DNA of 63,999 nucleotides, counting the filler, from Circinaria calcarea (taxonomy: Eukaryota), in the NCBI GenBank assembly GCA_051942165.1. It is 5 parts of 5 records of this genome, joined end to end, with 100 filler letters (N's around TTAATTAATTAA, not from the genome) between each part and the next. Parts side by side here need not be neighbours in the genome. Positions count along the whole stretch, not along the records: positions 13,068 to 25,929 come from JAVECS010000533.1; positions 26,030 to 38,889 come from JAVECS010000534.1; 3 more parts are not named here. One strand, given 5' to 3'. The notes beneath the pieces are model-generated. The model saw nothing but the letters and a program-made list of their open reading frames with translations. It did not search any database and had not been told where the DNA came from. The translations under genes and the position numbers were made by a program. Shown here in pieces: positions 22,701-35,265 of this stretch; position 1 is the stretch's first letter, and each line of letters begins with the position of its first letter.

Positions 22701-23102
22701 CTTAAACTCTTTGTCACTCTTTCCGAGATTCACAAGCTCGACTAGCTCAGTAATGGACTCATATAATATTCTTCTATCCCCCTTCTCGAAAATACGAGAG
22801 AAGCAGCGTCCCAATCCCTTGCGAATTACCCGTGTAGACGCTGGAGATTGAAGGTTGATGACCTGGAGCAATTCACTTTTAAGGTGCGTTTGCTGGGATA
22901 TGAGGCTCTCAGGCACAAGTGATTCGACATAGGACTCAAGTCTCGTTACGAATGTGAAGAGGTAGAGATCTTGCTGTTCAGAAGGCAGGGAGTGTAGCTT
23001 AGAAACATCAAGCTCGATTTCCGTCTTGGCACCATCCCGGGAAGCACGCTCTTTTCCATCTTTACCATTGACCACTGAAGGAAGCTTCGTGTTAGTGGAC
23101 AT
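16725..23102 (-). CDS. LAA1: Large HEAT-repeat AP-1 accessory protein (Laa1/Sip1/HEATR5 family), multi-exon, ~2000 aa
   Basis: Consecutive HEAT-rich ORFs (834, 65/80, 86, 426, 89, 503 aa) joined by GT-AG introns; motifs QVAWILIGGLMSLGPNFVK, DPHPTVHFWA, LLEQYQAQISSALTPAF, C-terminal PTIALKLTFG. Confidence 0.9.
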
Positions 23103-23276
23103 GGGTCAGCCAGACCTGCTTGTTCTTTATGCGCGCCGATCTTTGCAAGTAGCCAGACTTGCGATGCTCAAATTATATCTTCGTACCTGATTGGGGCTAG
23201 CAGCTTTACGGTTCTTTCACTGCCGGGTAAAACATTGTACTAGTCCGTTTAAATTCGAACATATCTTTGAAATGTC

Positions 23277-24244
23277 ATGACTACGTCGAGCTTACGGCAG
23301 ATTACAACTGTAGTGCGCCTGCATAGAGATGCAATCATTACCAATGCCTTCCGAGCGTTTTCCAGCTACAATGCCCTATGTTCTGGTCACAACCGATGGT
23401 CGAAAATCAAACATGATAAGGGAAAGGTGGATGCGGCCAGGAACAAGCAACGCTCCTCGTTGGCCAAGGAGCTTGCGACGATCTCGAAACGTACGTTCTA
23501 ATGAGACCCTACTACCGACGAGAAAGAGCCAAGAGCTAATCGGTATTAGAATATGGAGGAGATCCGAGTACGAATCCTCGACTTGCTGGTCTCATCGTGA
23601 CTGCCAAGAAAGCGGGATTCCCCAAAGCTTCAATCGAGTCGGCAATAGCGAGAGGTCAAGGCCTATCAACCAGTGGCGTTACCTTGGAGAATCTTACCAT
23701 CGAGGCCATGCTGCCACCATCGATTGCTATCATCATAGAATGCCAGACGGATTCGAAAGCCCGTACAATGCATGATCTCAGGGACATATTGAAATATTTC
23801 GGAGCCAGTATGACCCAAACCGCATACATGTTCGAGAGGAAGGGTAGGATTTCATTTGTGAAGCTTGAAACGATCGGCGATGAGCAAATCCTCGAACAAG
23901 CCATCGAAGCAGGAGCCCTTGACGTTGAAATAGACGAAGACGGGAAAACGGTTGTTGTATTTACGGATCCAAGTCAAATCACTACAGTTGCCCAAGCTAT
24001 TACGACGGCTTTGAAGCTTGACATAGAAAACTCGGACGTTATTTGGGACGCAAAGGAGGATACGAAAGTAAAAATCCAATCCTCTGAAATGGAGGAAAAA
24101 GTCAGCAACCTTGTCTGTATGTGCCCTCCAATTTGAACGGCTATTTGTATTGGCTTCGACATTGTTAGGACTGTAACTCATATCCTTCCAGGTCGCTTAG
24201 AGGATGATCCGAGTGTGCAAGAGGTGTATCTTAATGCCAGTTGA
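23277..24244 (+). CDS. TACO1: YebC/TACO1-family mitochondrial translational activator (DPC29-like), 3 exons
   Basis: Mitochondrial-presequence-like N-terminus, then SGHNRWSKIKHDK; AKKAGFPKASIESAIARG, ECQTDS, YMFERKG, AIEAGALD, EVYLNA*. Confidence 0.9.
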
Positions 24245-24831
24245 TCTCCAAGAATCCGAGCAGCTGGGAATGTCAATAGTACTTAACAACTGATTCGAAG
24301 CACGCCGTCATGCCGCCTTATAGAACTTGTTTAATTGTAATTGTTCATCATCTATCTACCTGGTCTAGTTTATTGGTAGGTCAGAGTAATTAAGTTCATT
24401 TTGAAACTTCAATTACTATTTTGCCTATGGATTTTCAAATGACATATCAAAACGTGTGGACCTCTTTGATTGCTTTAGCATTCATGAGACCGCTTGACAC
24501 CCACCCCTAAAGTCTTTTACAACTCCGTCATTGCCATATCTCGACAATAGTCGAGTGGAAACTAAACTTATTCAGTACATTCTTCATAGAAGCAGGCTCA
24601 TAGACCATAGACCATACATGCTCCTTCCAGCCTTCGTTGCCTCTAAAGCTTAGCCGTATTAAACTCCTGGCTTGACAGGGTCTTCTCCGTCACTGAAGAA
24701 CGAACTGCCATGCTCCGCCTCCATCAGCCTCCAAACCGCATTTCAGATTGTTCAGGTCTCTCCTCCACGCCTTGGAATTTATGCCTTTCACCGGGATGAG
24801 GCCGTGCACACCCACTCGCCAATCCACCACC

Positions 24832-25161
24832 TCACTCTCCTGCTTTACTCCCACTCTCGGCCTCCATCTCTAATCTTTTCGCCCTCCTCTCCAGCCGCCT
24901 TTTTTTCAGTCTCTCCAACTCGCCATGTATTTCTTCCCTTTCAAATGGTATCTTATTGGTACTCTCCGGCTTCGGCCAGAAATCATTTACTGAAAAGCGG
25001 TTTTCAAGGTTGGTGCCGAAGTAATACATCCAAGCGATGGGGAACATGATGTACATCCCAAACTAGTTGCCGAATTAGTTGGAGGAGAAATAGATTCGGT
25101 GGCGTGGTTGAAGGTTATCATTTGGACGTACCTTGAAGATTTCAAGATTAGGCCCACCCAT
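24832..25161 (-). CDS. PET100: Cytochrome c oxidase assembly chaperone Pet100, 2 exons
   Basis: MGGPNLEIFK|FGMYIMFPIAWMYYFGTNLENRFSVNDFWP...ELERLK. Confidence 0.92.
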
Positions 25162-25501
25162 TATGATGGAAATAGATAATGGTATTCGAGGTTGGATTGA
25201 CAACGTCGATGATTATTATACCTTGATATTCATTCTAGACTGTTGACCTTTGGATCTCGAAAGTCCCCTTGTCTAGATTGGGCAAAGCTCCCGTTACCCG
25301 CCCGAGCCGCAGCTACCCTTGCACACCTTATTTACATCGATTAGAGATTGACCTCGGTACCCCTCAAGTCCAAATAATTCATTAAAAGATGAATGAAGAA
25401 GCCTCCCAGTTGACCATGTTCCCAGCATCGATAGGTGGTCTACCTATGTTACTATCTAGCTAACACTGCAGATATTCCTATCTACTTCGTAAATTTCCAA
25501 T

Positions 25502-25929
25502 ATGGCTACCATTGAGGACCAAATCACCTTGACCACTAAGGGCAAGATCGCGATCATCACTCTTAATCTCGAGAAGAAACTCAATGCTCTTACCCAAGAT
25601 CTTTACTACCGCCTCTCATGTCTGATGCGCGAGGTTGCAGCCAGGGATGACATCTACATCACCGTTCTAACAGGCAAAGGCCGCTACTTCTCCGCGTATG
25701 CTTGTCATTTCCACAGCCTTACCCCGGATCAATGCTTACACTACCTTCCTAGCGGCGCCGACGTAACCTCCTCCGGTTTTGCCCCAGAAAATAAATCCCC
25801 TGCCGAACTCCGCCGCCACTGGCTCCGCTCCTTCGTGGCCAACAACCTCGAAATAACCCAAGCCTTCTACTCCCACCCCAAGATCCTCATCACCGCCCTC
25901 AACGGCCCCGCAGTCGGCCTCTCCGCCGC
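25502..25929 (+). CDS. ECI1: Peroxisomal delta3,delta2-enoyl-CoA isomerase (crotonase family), 3' truncated
   Basis: IAIITLN..KKLNAL, TGKGRYFSA|GADV, FYSHPKILITALNGPAVGLSA. Confidence 0.85.
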
Positions 25930-26029
25930 NNNNNNNNNNNNNNNNNNNNNNNNNNNNNNNNNNNNNNNNNNNNTTAATTAATTAANNNNNNNNNNNNNNN
26001 NNNNNNNNNNNNNNNNNNNNNNNNNNNNN
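25930..26029. other. Artificial contig spacer
   Basis: N44-TTAATTAATTAA-N44. Confidence 0.98.
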
Positions 26030-28956
26030 AATAAGGGCAAGGGCAAGGGGAAGGGAGAGGAGCTTTCATAGTACAGGCCAGTAAAGCGGGGAGGGCTGAT
26101 TCCCCTGTCTGAGAGGTTTTTTTTTTTTTTTATAAAAAAAAGTCTAGCGTTGAACTTCGAGCACCTACTAAGTAAGATTGCTGGAGAATATAATAGGAAT
26201 TTCTGACGCCAAGGGTCCTTTTTCAACTTATTTGTGAACGGAAAACCCCCCTATTTGCTTATTTTTCTTCCGGCCCTTTGATCGCAACAGGTCGGAGGGG
26301 AGGGGTAGGGTTTCCTCCACTGGTAACTTCAATGTAGAATACCCATGCCCCATCTTCCTTCTACCTGGTTCATTCTAGTGCCCTCGGTAGGGAGGACTTG
26401 GTAGAAAAAGTACAGGGGGTATACTCTGGTAGCAAAAGGAAGTAGAGGAGAACAGGAAGTGCGGGAATGAAGAGGACTCGTTACGAGTGATGTTACCATC
26501 TTAGCAATGAGTCGAAGGAGTACTTGATAAAATTACAGGGGGTTAGCAAAATAATACGGGATGCGGGAACAAGACGAAAATAAACAAGACTCAACGCCTC
26601 GTAGCATTAAAATCTCAAGGGATGAGTCGAGGGGAGAATAGATCAGAGGCAGTCTTCTGCCGGGCCTGCACTGTCTGCACTGGCTGCACTGGCTGCACTG
26701 TCCCCTTTAGAAATAGCCCCACGGAAAACCCGTATACCAGCCCCAGCCCAGGAGCTGTAAGGACAAAGTACTTCGGAAAGTAAAGTTGACAGCCGGCAGA
26801 GTTGAAAGCTGAAAGAAGAGGTACCTAAAATGCCACACAAACAGAAGGGAAAAGACGAGTTAGGACCCCACAAACGGAAAGGAAAGATGAGGTTACATCC
26901 CGTACCCTGTCACCCAGTCCCTCGTCACCCAGTCCCTCGGAGCTGAGCCCGCCCCTTGCATATCCTACCCCCCCTTCTCTTTCCCTACCTACCCTACCAA
27001 TGTCCCACCCCTACCGGTACCTCGTTTCCGCATGATCCACGTCCTTCCCTCGTGATGACCACGCGAGCCATGCATGGGCAATGCGCAACATAACGGAAGG
27101 CTTCCTTCCGAAATCCTAAAATCCGCCAGGATGATTTTCCCACCTCAGCGGGCTGGTACGACAGGGTACGAGGAAGGGCTGAAAAGGAGAAAGGGAAAAT
27201 GGGGGTTCCACAATGGCATTTTAGGCGCTCCTATGAATTGCAACCCGGGATGCGGGAAGATTTGGGATTGCGGATGTGAGATTTTCAGGTGGTGTGGTGT
27301 TGTTGTGTTTGTGGCCTGGTCAGCCCGTTGTGCCGTCATTCGGGTGCCGGGTACGAGGAGGTACCGTTGCTGGGCCGCTGGGCCGTTAGAAGGGTCGGGA
27401 CCAGTATTATTTTTATGATTTGGTTCGTTTCGTTTCACCGGCTAGATCCAAGGGAAGAGGAATGGGAGGAGAAATGGGGCGGGTAAGCTGACGGGAACAC
27501 CAAGATTATTCTTTAAGACGGAGAGAATTGGCGGGTGAGAAGCCAAGGAAGGTGTAATCTCCGATGGGGGTATCACTGCATGTGCTGCAATGGGCCGCAG
27601 ATGAGGTCTCTTGTGCAGTGCCGTGTACCTGGCTTAGTGAGTTCAGCCCCTGAGTAAGGGCTGGTGAATGCTAGGATTAGAGGATGGTGAGGGTGGTGAG
27701 GATTGAGGGGCTGGGAGGGAGAGGAACTGAAAGGCTTGAAGGATACCGAGGTGGACGGAAAATGGTAAAAGAGGGTTAAGGTTAAGGGACGGAACGTGGG
27801 TGCACGGGTTTTTGTTTCGGGTTCGGGAGGTATGTGATATGTTTCTTGGGGCTGGTGAAGATCTTTCTAGGCGGTCACTGCCTACGGCGTTTTGTTTTGC
27901 TTTGCTTACCAAAGACTAAGTTGGACAAGCCGGAGACGACACACGGGTTGACCTGGCTTGGAGGCTATGAGTTTGAGGGTATGTGATTTGTTCTTGGGGG
28001 CTAGTGAAGATGAATCCGATAGCTGCGTACCGATTTTATTTTACTCAGCAGAGGAAAGGTCGTGAAGAGGGGGCTGGATATGGGGGCAGGCCTGGTGGGG
28101 ATATTGGGGCTTGGTAAAGAGTTAGTCTGGAAAAAAGGAGGAGGAGAAGAGATGGGATGTGCCTAGGCTTGGGCTAATGGATTTGAGAGTTATATGGCCA
28201 TGCCGTCTATCCGGGCTTGTTTCGTTGAATTAGTTCACCATGGCTCATCGGGCACTTTCTCTTCCTTAGTAGGGAGTCTGTTGGGAAGAGGGAAGGCTGG
28301 AAATGGGATATGCCCCTAGTTAAGCTGCCGTAATGCTTATTGTGGCTTGGAGGGAAAATGTTCCTTGCCTAGGGTGGATGCCACTCTCCTGGCTTGGGTT
28401 AAAACCCGTTGGGAAGGGAGGCGGAGTACGTCTTTGTTGTCTGGGAAAAGGCCTCGGAGTTGTACGGCCGGAATTCCTCAGACGTAATACTGACCGTCTC
28501 TGGGCCAAGGCGTAGAAAGAGAGAAAAGAGAGAGGGGCGAAGCGAAGCGGAGTAGAGGGGCTATGTAACCGCCTTTGGTTGTGCATGGAGCGAGATATAG
28601 TGAAGCAACCAGGCAGAAAAAGGCCTTGGCCGAGTGAAGAGGGAGGGCTTGTGGGAAGTGGTGGATATTCTCAGCAGGCGCAACTAGCACGAGGGCTCAT
28701 AGCCACAGCATTCTTGACCGACGATGAAGTGACTAACTAGGCAGGCTTCGAGAAGTGAGGCGGATGCCTTTCTAGCGTCAGGCTACCATCTCAGGCTTCC
28801 ACAGCTGCCTTCTTTTGCCTTTAAAGCGACTCACCAACGCCATGCCTTTTATGAACATCGCCCATTGGCTTCACGCCAGGCATTTTGCTTAGACTCTGAC
28901 CGCAACTTGATTCTTCAAACGCTGCGCAAGAGGCAGTTTCGGAAAGAGTAAACGTA

Positions 28957-29090
28957 TAAAGGCCTTAGGGACGAACGGTGAATGTCAACTTGAAATTGCC
29001 ACTGCTTATCGCCACTTTCTCTATCGTACACCGTAACCAATGCTAGGAAGATGAGGCAATCAACAGAGACAACACCGCAGCATGAGGTAC
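28957..29090. repeat. Copy 1 of a conserved block duplicated at ~30112-30245 (part of a ~1154-bp tandem duplication)
   Basis: aaggccttag..acga.cggtgaatgtcaa...ttgccactgc...atgaggcaatcaa..gacaa aligns without indels over >110 bp. Confidence 0.85.
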
Positions 29091-29483
29091 CAGCCTCCGA
29101 AAAAGGGAAGCGTAACTTGTGACGAGATACAGTAATCAATGAAAACGCCCAAGACGGATCTAAACACCAGAGCCCATTGCTATGCTGCGCCATTTCCAAT
29201 GCCAGGATTGCCAGTCTTGCCAGTCAAGTAAAAAAACCGAGCCCAGATGCGAACATAAATGCATAGCAACACAAAATTGAACACCAGGCAAGTAATTGTC
29301 CCCCCCCCCACTAACACCTGATCCCAAAAACACCGACTCCTAGCAGGGAGTGATGGTAATACAATGTTCGTGCTGTTTCGCCCTTCTTCGATATAGAAGT
29401 TCTGATAGCGACTACAGATTTATATTAGCTAACAGGTTGAGCTCCAGTGTGGGTGATACGCTTACCCTAGATCAGAACAAATT

Positions 29484-29894
29484 TCAGCAGATTTTACAGT
29501 AACTGCACATCCGGTGATCGCAATTGACGCAGCACGGCTGATTCGTTATCAACTTTGGTCCGTCTCTGCATTGGCAGCAGTACCAATAGTCGGTGTTGAA
29601 ATGCAGAGGTGTTGGATACGAATTGTTTGTCACGGTTCCCGCAGTCGAAGTGGTGAAGGTTTGAGTGCCTCCGTCATCCGATACAGCGTAAACGGGGGTG
29701 TTAGGTGGATTCTCATAGGACACGGGCTGTGCTGTATAATCGAGTGTTCGAGTGGAGTTCTGAGAACTCGCCCTGGCGTAGTAAGTGGCATAAGTGTCCT
29801 TCCGCTGGTAACACCAGCAGCAATATTCATCTAAGTCCACCGACATGGGCCCTTTTTTACACCAGCCGCAATACCAAGTAGTCGGACAGGGCAT
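29484..29894 (-). CDS. Small Cys-rich double zinc-ribbon-like protein A (136 aa)
   Basis: N-terminal WYCGWCKKGPM...CCWC and C-terminal WYCCQCRDGPK...CVNCDHRMCSYC; TATAAA ~150 nt upstream; paralogue at 30638. Confidence 0.8.
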   Translation of the reverse strand: MPCPTTWYCGWCKKGPMSVDLDEYCCWCYQRKDTYATYYARASSQNSTRTLDYTAQPVSYENPPNTPVYAVSDDGGTQTFTTSTAGTVTNNSYPTPLHFNTDYWYCCQCRDGPKLITNQPCCVNCDHRMCSYCKIC

Positions 29895-30111
29895 TGTTGT
29901 AAGTTGTGAAATGTGTAAAGCGGACGAATGGAGGTAGATGGTAATGGTCAGATAGAAATTTGTACTGGACAATTCAAGGAAGACGTTGAGCTGTTTGCTT
30001 CAGAAGATGTGGTGAGCGTGTATGTGAGAAGGGGACATGCTTTATAAGGACAACGCGAGCTTTTATTCTCTCAGTGAGGTTGGCTCAGCAGACCAGCATC
30101 GCCACCTACCC

Positions 30112-30245
30112 TTAAGGCCTTAGAAACGAGCGGTGAATGTCAATTTCAATTTGCCACTGCCTATTGCCAGTTCGCCTATCATACATAATGACTTGCCCCG
30201 GAAAAATGAGGCAATCAATAAAGACAATACTGGGAACAGGGGTTT
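30112..30245. repeat. Copy 2 of the duplicated block, lying just upstream of the TATA of gene A
   Basis: See copy 1; offset ~1155 bp, the same as the offset between the gene stops (30638-29484=1154). Confidence 0.85.
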
Positions 30246-30637
30246 TTGGGGACCGAAACAGTAAAAGTTGAACAGTGGCCAAACAAAAGTAATCAACAAA
30301 ACTCCCCTGACCCAATCTAGCCTCCAACTCCAGGGCTGTACGCCGTCCATGCGGGGTATTGATGCTAATCGGACAAACAAGACGGCGGTAGATGCAAGGA
30401 AACATGCTAGTAACAACAGATACTCCAGAACACCTAGGCAGTGCGCATTTCTCTGCAAGACACAATTCCTTTCATCTTCTTCGCACTCGGAATAAGACAA
30501 CATGGAGGGAGAGAAGATTGGCGGTTCGTTATAAGTCGATCGTTCCGTAAGCGATGCTGTGGAAATCTACGTGGATTCGTTAGCTTGGAGTATGACATTT
30601 GATCGCGGTGGAATAACGCTACCCTATTAACCTCTGC

Positions 30638-31033
30638 TTATTCCAGAGGGCACCAAGTGCACCGCATGTGCCCACAAATGGCACAGTTGATTTGGTTGGC
30701 GATCAATTTGGGCCCATCTTTGCAGGAATGGCAATACCAGTATTCGGGTCTCGGGCAATTGACGGGGACCGGTACTCCCATAGTATTGAAGCTCGGCGTT
30801 GACTGATAGAGGACTGGGCTGCATTCATCATGGGAAGTGAGGTCCGTGGTAGCATGAGGACTTGAAGGCGAATCAAAAGCAGTGTAGTTGCGGCCTGACG
30901 CTAGATAATGTGTCTCGTATGTCGAATACTCGTCTCTTGCGTTCCCACAGTTCCAGCAGTTTGCGTCGATATGGAGGTTCATAGGCCCAGCGCGACAGTG
31001 CCCACAGAACCACATCTGTACCTTTTGTGCCAT
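30638..31033 (-). CDS. Small Cys-rich double zinc-ribbon-like protein B (131 aa), tandem paralogue of A
   Basis: WFCGHCRAGPM...CWNC and WYCHSCKDGPKLIANQINCAICGHMRCTWC; TATATAAA at ~31163-31170. Confidence 0.8.
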   Translation of the reverse strand: MAQKVQMWFCGHCRAGPMNLHIDANCWNCGNARDEYSTYETHYLASGRNYTAFDSPSSPHATTDLTSHDECSPVLYQSTPSFNTMGVPVPVNCPRPEYWYCHSCKDGPKLIANQINCAICGHMRCTWCPLE

Positions 31034-33395
31034 CTTGACGAATATGTTGGGGAAGTGACTGGTTTGTATCTGTAGGGTCAACGTTGAGATGTAAAGAGGC
31101 TAGAGTCAAGGCGATGACTGCAGTGTGTTTGAGGACGCGTGGTAGATTGAAAGTTAAGTAGGTTTATATAAGTGAAGTCAGGCAGGGTGATATATCTATT
31201 GAGGTAGGAGAAAGAAATGCCATGCTCGCCAGAGGGTATTTATTTAATGACAGTATGGCGGATCTAATTATTGCCGCCCACAGCCCAGTGCTAGGACCGC
31301 GAGGCAAACCAAATCCCGCAGTCGTATGACTAAATGAAGTAATAGGAATCACCGCTTCAGTTTTCCTGGTTGATTAGGTTGGATGACATCAGCTTCACCG
31401 GAGACGCCGATGGGGTCTCCCAACCAATTACTAAGGTATTCAGTGGGCAGTGTTCTTCAACGAAGCGTCGGTGTAAATATAGGGAGCGGCCTAGGGCCAC
31501 CGGATCACTCATACCCAAGGCGGATAGCTAAGGCAACCAATGGACCAAAGACAAAATGCTGGAAGGTCTGAACAGTAAGCTGTGAATGCATGGAAGCTTC
31601 AAAAGTAAAAGCAACATGCTAGTGGACAATGGTTTCAGGAACACGATGCTCAATCCTGTAAAGCCACATGCAAGGGCAAGAACCGACCCCAAGGCCTTGG
31701 GAAGTGTGACAGGGACTGGGACACACGGAAGGATTCGCCTATTTAGCTCTGTTACAAGCTAAAAATCACAGGGTTTTGCCGCAACTCCTTGAGAGCCAGA
31801 GGCCATGGAAAACAGTAGCTTTCGTGATTAGTCTCCGGACTGCGGTTGGAAATGATGCAATTGCGCAATAGGGCACGCAACGCGGGGCTTATTGATGACG
31901 CGCAGGCAACAGTCAAGTGTGAAGAACGACTGGGTTGGCTCGAAAGACAATCTGGATAGAACGGGGCGAGTAAGAAAAGTCTTGATTGCTCCTAATCCAC
32001 TTACGCTCCTATCCAGTTGAAAAACACGGCGACCTCCGATGAAGCCAGCCCCATCAGCAACATGTACGAAATCCATCAGGCAAGCAGTAAGATTGAGAAT
32101 TGGGAAGTTCCAAGCGCGAGAAAAAGGTCTCCTAACCTGACTCATACCTTCGAGGAGCCACTTTGCATTCTCAATCGTGAGTCAACCCTAGTCCTAGTAA
32201 CTCACCTCCGAGTTCCTACGACTACCCTTGCAGCTCGAAGTCGTTGAATACGGGGGATTTGCCCTCCTAGATTAGACAGTTTCATCAGCACGTATTCTTA
32301 GAGTAGTACGCGAAGGGAGAATATGCATACCGTGCTAAGCTTATCATTATTTGAGTAAAATTGGACGTAAGCTCTTGCGCCTCTATGAGCAACAATCCGA
32401 CCCTTAGACATGACCTTCATTATAGGCAGAGTCAACTACCTGCGGCTGTTCTTTATTCAATCTGGCGGGGTGTCACGAATATGACACGATTGAGCCCAAT
32501 GCAAGAACAGCGTCTCTTGTATCCTCAGGATTGCCCGCAACAAGCATCCAGTGCACCGGGGGTGAGCCGAGCGTCGAAATTCTCACCAATTGTGTGCCAT
32601 CGCGCCGTTGCACAGTAACTCTTTGCATGAGGCTTGAATCAGCCTTGCGGCAAGGTATATTCTCAGAGTGTATATTGTGAGGATTGTAGTCTTCCCTAGA
32701 AAATAGCCTTGTAAGCCCCCTATTGATAGCGGCTGAGTGGGCATGGAAGTCGGGAGGGCATAATGACTCGATTCAGACGCCCAAATCTGCTAGTACAGTC
32801 AACAGCAAAGATTGCGGTAATTCAACGTATTCAGATACGGACATCTGCCTTGGGCCTCAGGACACTGGGTAGATTTTTGGTATGCCTAGTAGGGTTGCCT
32901 GGATTGCCCAATTATTAGCGAACTGTTGCCTGGGTTTGGTGACTGTCTTGCCACAGCCCCGAAAGAGTGATGATGATGACAAGCTGCTATAAGACCGATA
33001 TTAGAGGAAATGCATTGGAGCATCGCGTGCTGCTCCAATAGCAGTCTTATGGCGTTGATTCAGCTCAGAGTAAGAGGATGGACGTTGAAATTGTGGGGAG
33101 TTTAGCGTCCCGAGTGAGCTAAGCCGGTTCAAGCTACAATATACTGAAATATACACGTGAGAGGTGAATTATCTGAAATCAGCCGCACTTGTCCGAAACA
33201 AGGCTGATACCGGCTGAGTACCTTCTTCTGTCATCATTCGGGCAATTCTCATGGGGTCAACGGCGTTGCAGTATGCTCTTCTCGCCTTCAAATTCAAGGC
33301 GTATTCTCACCATGCTCCAAGGCCGTTTCCGTTTGTCCAGCGTTGATTCACAGCGTGCCATGCTGTGAGGTATGCCGTAAGGCTTCTTTCTCATT

Positions 33396-35265
33396 ATGAC
33401 GTTGGACCAAAAGGTTGCGAATAGGTGGGTGGCGAGATTCATACCGGTGGTCCTTGTAGGAATTGCGGGTTATGTGACTTGGGTCATCGTGGTATTGATC
33501 TGCGGTCAGTCAAGCTTGCTGTGAACGCTGTAACTCACCAGGAATGCTGGCTAACGTACCTGTCGGACAGTGGACTACCTAATCAACCCGAAAATCTTTC
33601 TTCATGAACGGCGGCCGGGTGCTGCGATTGCTATATTGATTATATACTTCATCTTACTATTGCTGGTTGCATGCACATATTTTCGATTACTATTTACAGT
33701 CGCCAGCAATCCTGGATATATTAAGCGGGGTCCCGGATACTACACTAAGAAGACCACCGAATCCAACAGTGGACACACATCGGGGAGTGGACGGCAGCTG
33801 ACAGCAGACTCCCCTGGAGAGAAAAACAACAACGCTTGGCGAAATAAGGTAGGGGATGATAGGTATCCAACAGGGGTTGCGTATTCACCTGGTCGCCTAG
33901 CTATAGGAAGGCCAACAACGGAGAGCGAATCTCCAGGACTCGAACATTTCTACAGTAAGGATGTGTTTGTCTGCGAAGGCGATGGGAGACCGATCTGGTG
34001 TTCGAAATGCATGAATTGGAAACCGGATCGGACACACCACTGCAGAGAGGTTGATAGATGCGTTCGTAAGATGGATCATTTTTGCCCGTGGTGAGTGAGC
34101 TCCCGAAAACCCACTTCTCCAGGTAGTTGGCATTGCCCGGCTTTTCTCGAATCGTACCTGGAGACTCTTCCCTTTGCGCAAATGTTCATATTAGGTTCTT
34201 GGCTGATGGCGACGTTTTTGCAGGGTTGGCGGAATTGTCGGAGAAAGTAATTTCAAGTTCTTTATCCAATTCGTCTCATGGAGTGCCATCTTCTGTACCT
34301 TCATTCTTATATTCATGGCTATATTTGTGGCGGAAAGGAGGAAACAGGTAAGCCACGAGGCGAACCACACCCCCTTTACGATTATTCACACCTCGAGCCA
34401 ATTTTGAGCGTTGTTTTTTGTCCCTTGTTCCTTGTCTCAGTCCCAGCGGAAGGATCCCGGCTCCTACATCCCACATGGCAACATGCGAAGCTTATTTCAA
34501 CATCCTTTGCTTGAATTCCCTCTTCTGCCGGCTGACGATAACTGTGTAGACTGGACAGGTTAGTGTCCATTGGATACTGACGCTTGCCTTGTAAGTTTTG
34601 TCTCGGACGACATACTGTGATTTGATGCTGACTCTCCTAGTGCCGCCCTTTTTGACCTCTTCTCCCTCGGCATGACTGGTAGCTCTATGCAGTTTGCCCT
34701 CCTGAATACCACCACCATCGAAAACCTCACCAGGACCGCCAAAGTCTACACGCTCGCCGTGTACATGCCTCGGCCTCCTGATCCCAACAGCATCCCGCCC
34801 TTCCAAACAATTACTTATCCCTTAACCCAACAAACATCGAATACCAACCACCTCACTCCCCCCCGTACGTTCGCAATTTTACACACCAAACCCGGCGAGA
34901 ACCCCTGGGACCTAGGCCCCTTTGGAAACTTCAAGACCGTAATGGGGGATCGCTGGTATGACTGGCTGCTTCCCATCAAATACAGCCCTATCTGCAACCG
35001 TGACAGGGGCGAGAGCGACTTCCCTCTTGGTCCCGTAGTTGACCGGTTGCGAGAGGAAGCTGGGATCGCGCTCCCCCGAGACAAGAGGAGTGGAGAGCCC
35101 GGCAAGCGGCAACATAGGCACTCGAGGCGGGATTCTGCAAATGATGGCAGGCACTCGAGATCTAGTCGGAGTAAGAGAAGAGGAGAGCCGAGGGGTCATC
35201 GTGATGAGGAAAAGGCGAATGGAGTTCCGCCGGATGGCACTGCGGTCAACGGGGTTGTATCATAG
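33396..35265 (+). CDS. PFA5: DHHC palmitoyltransferase, Pfa5-type, multi-exon
   Basis: [78 protein letters not shown]. Confidence 0.92.
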
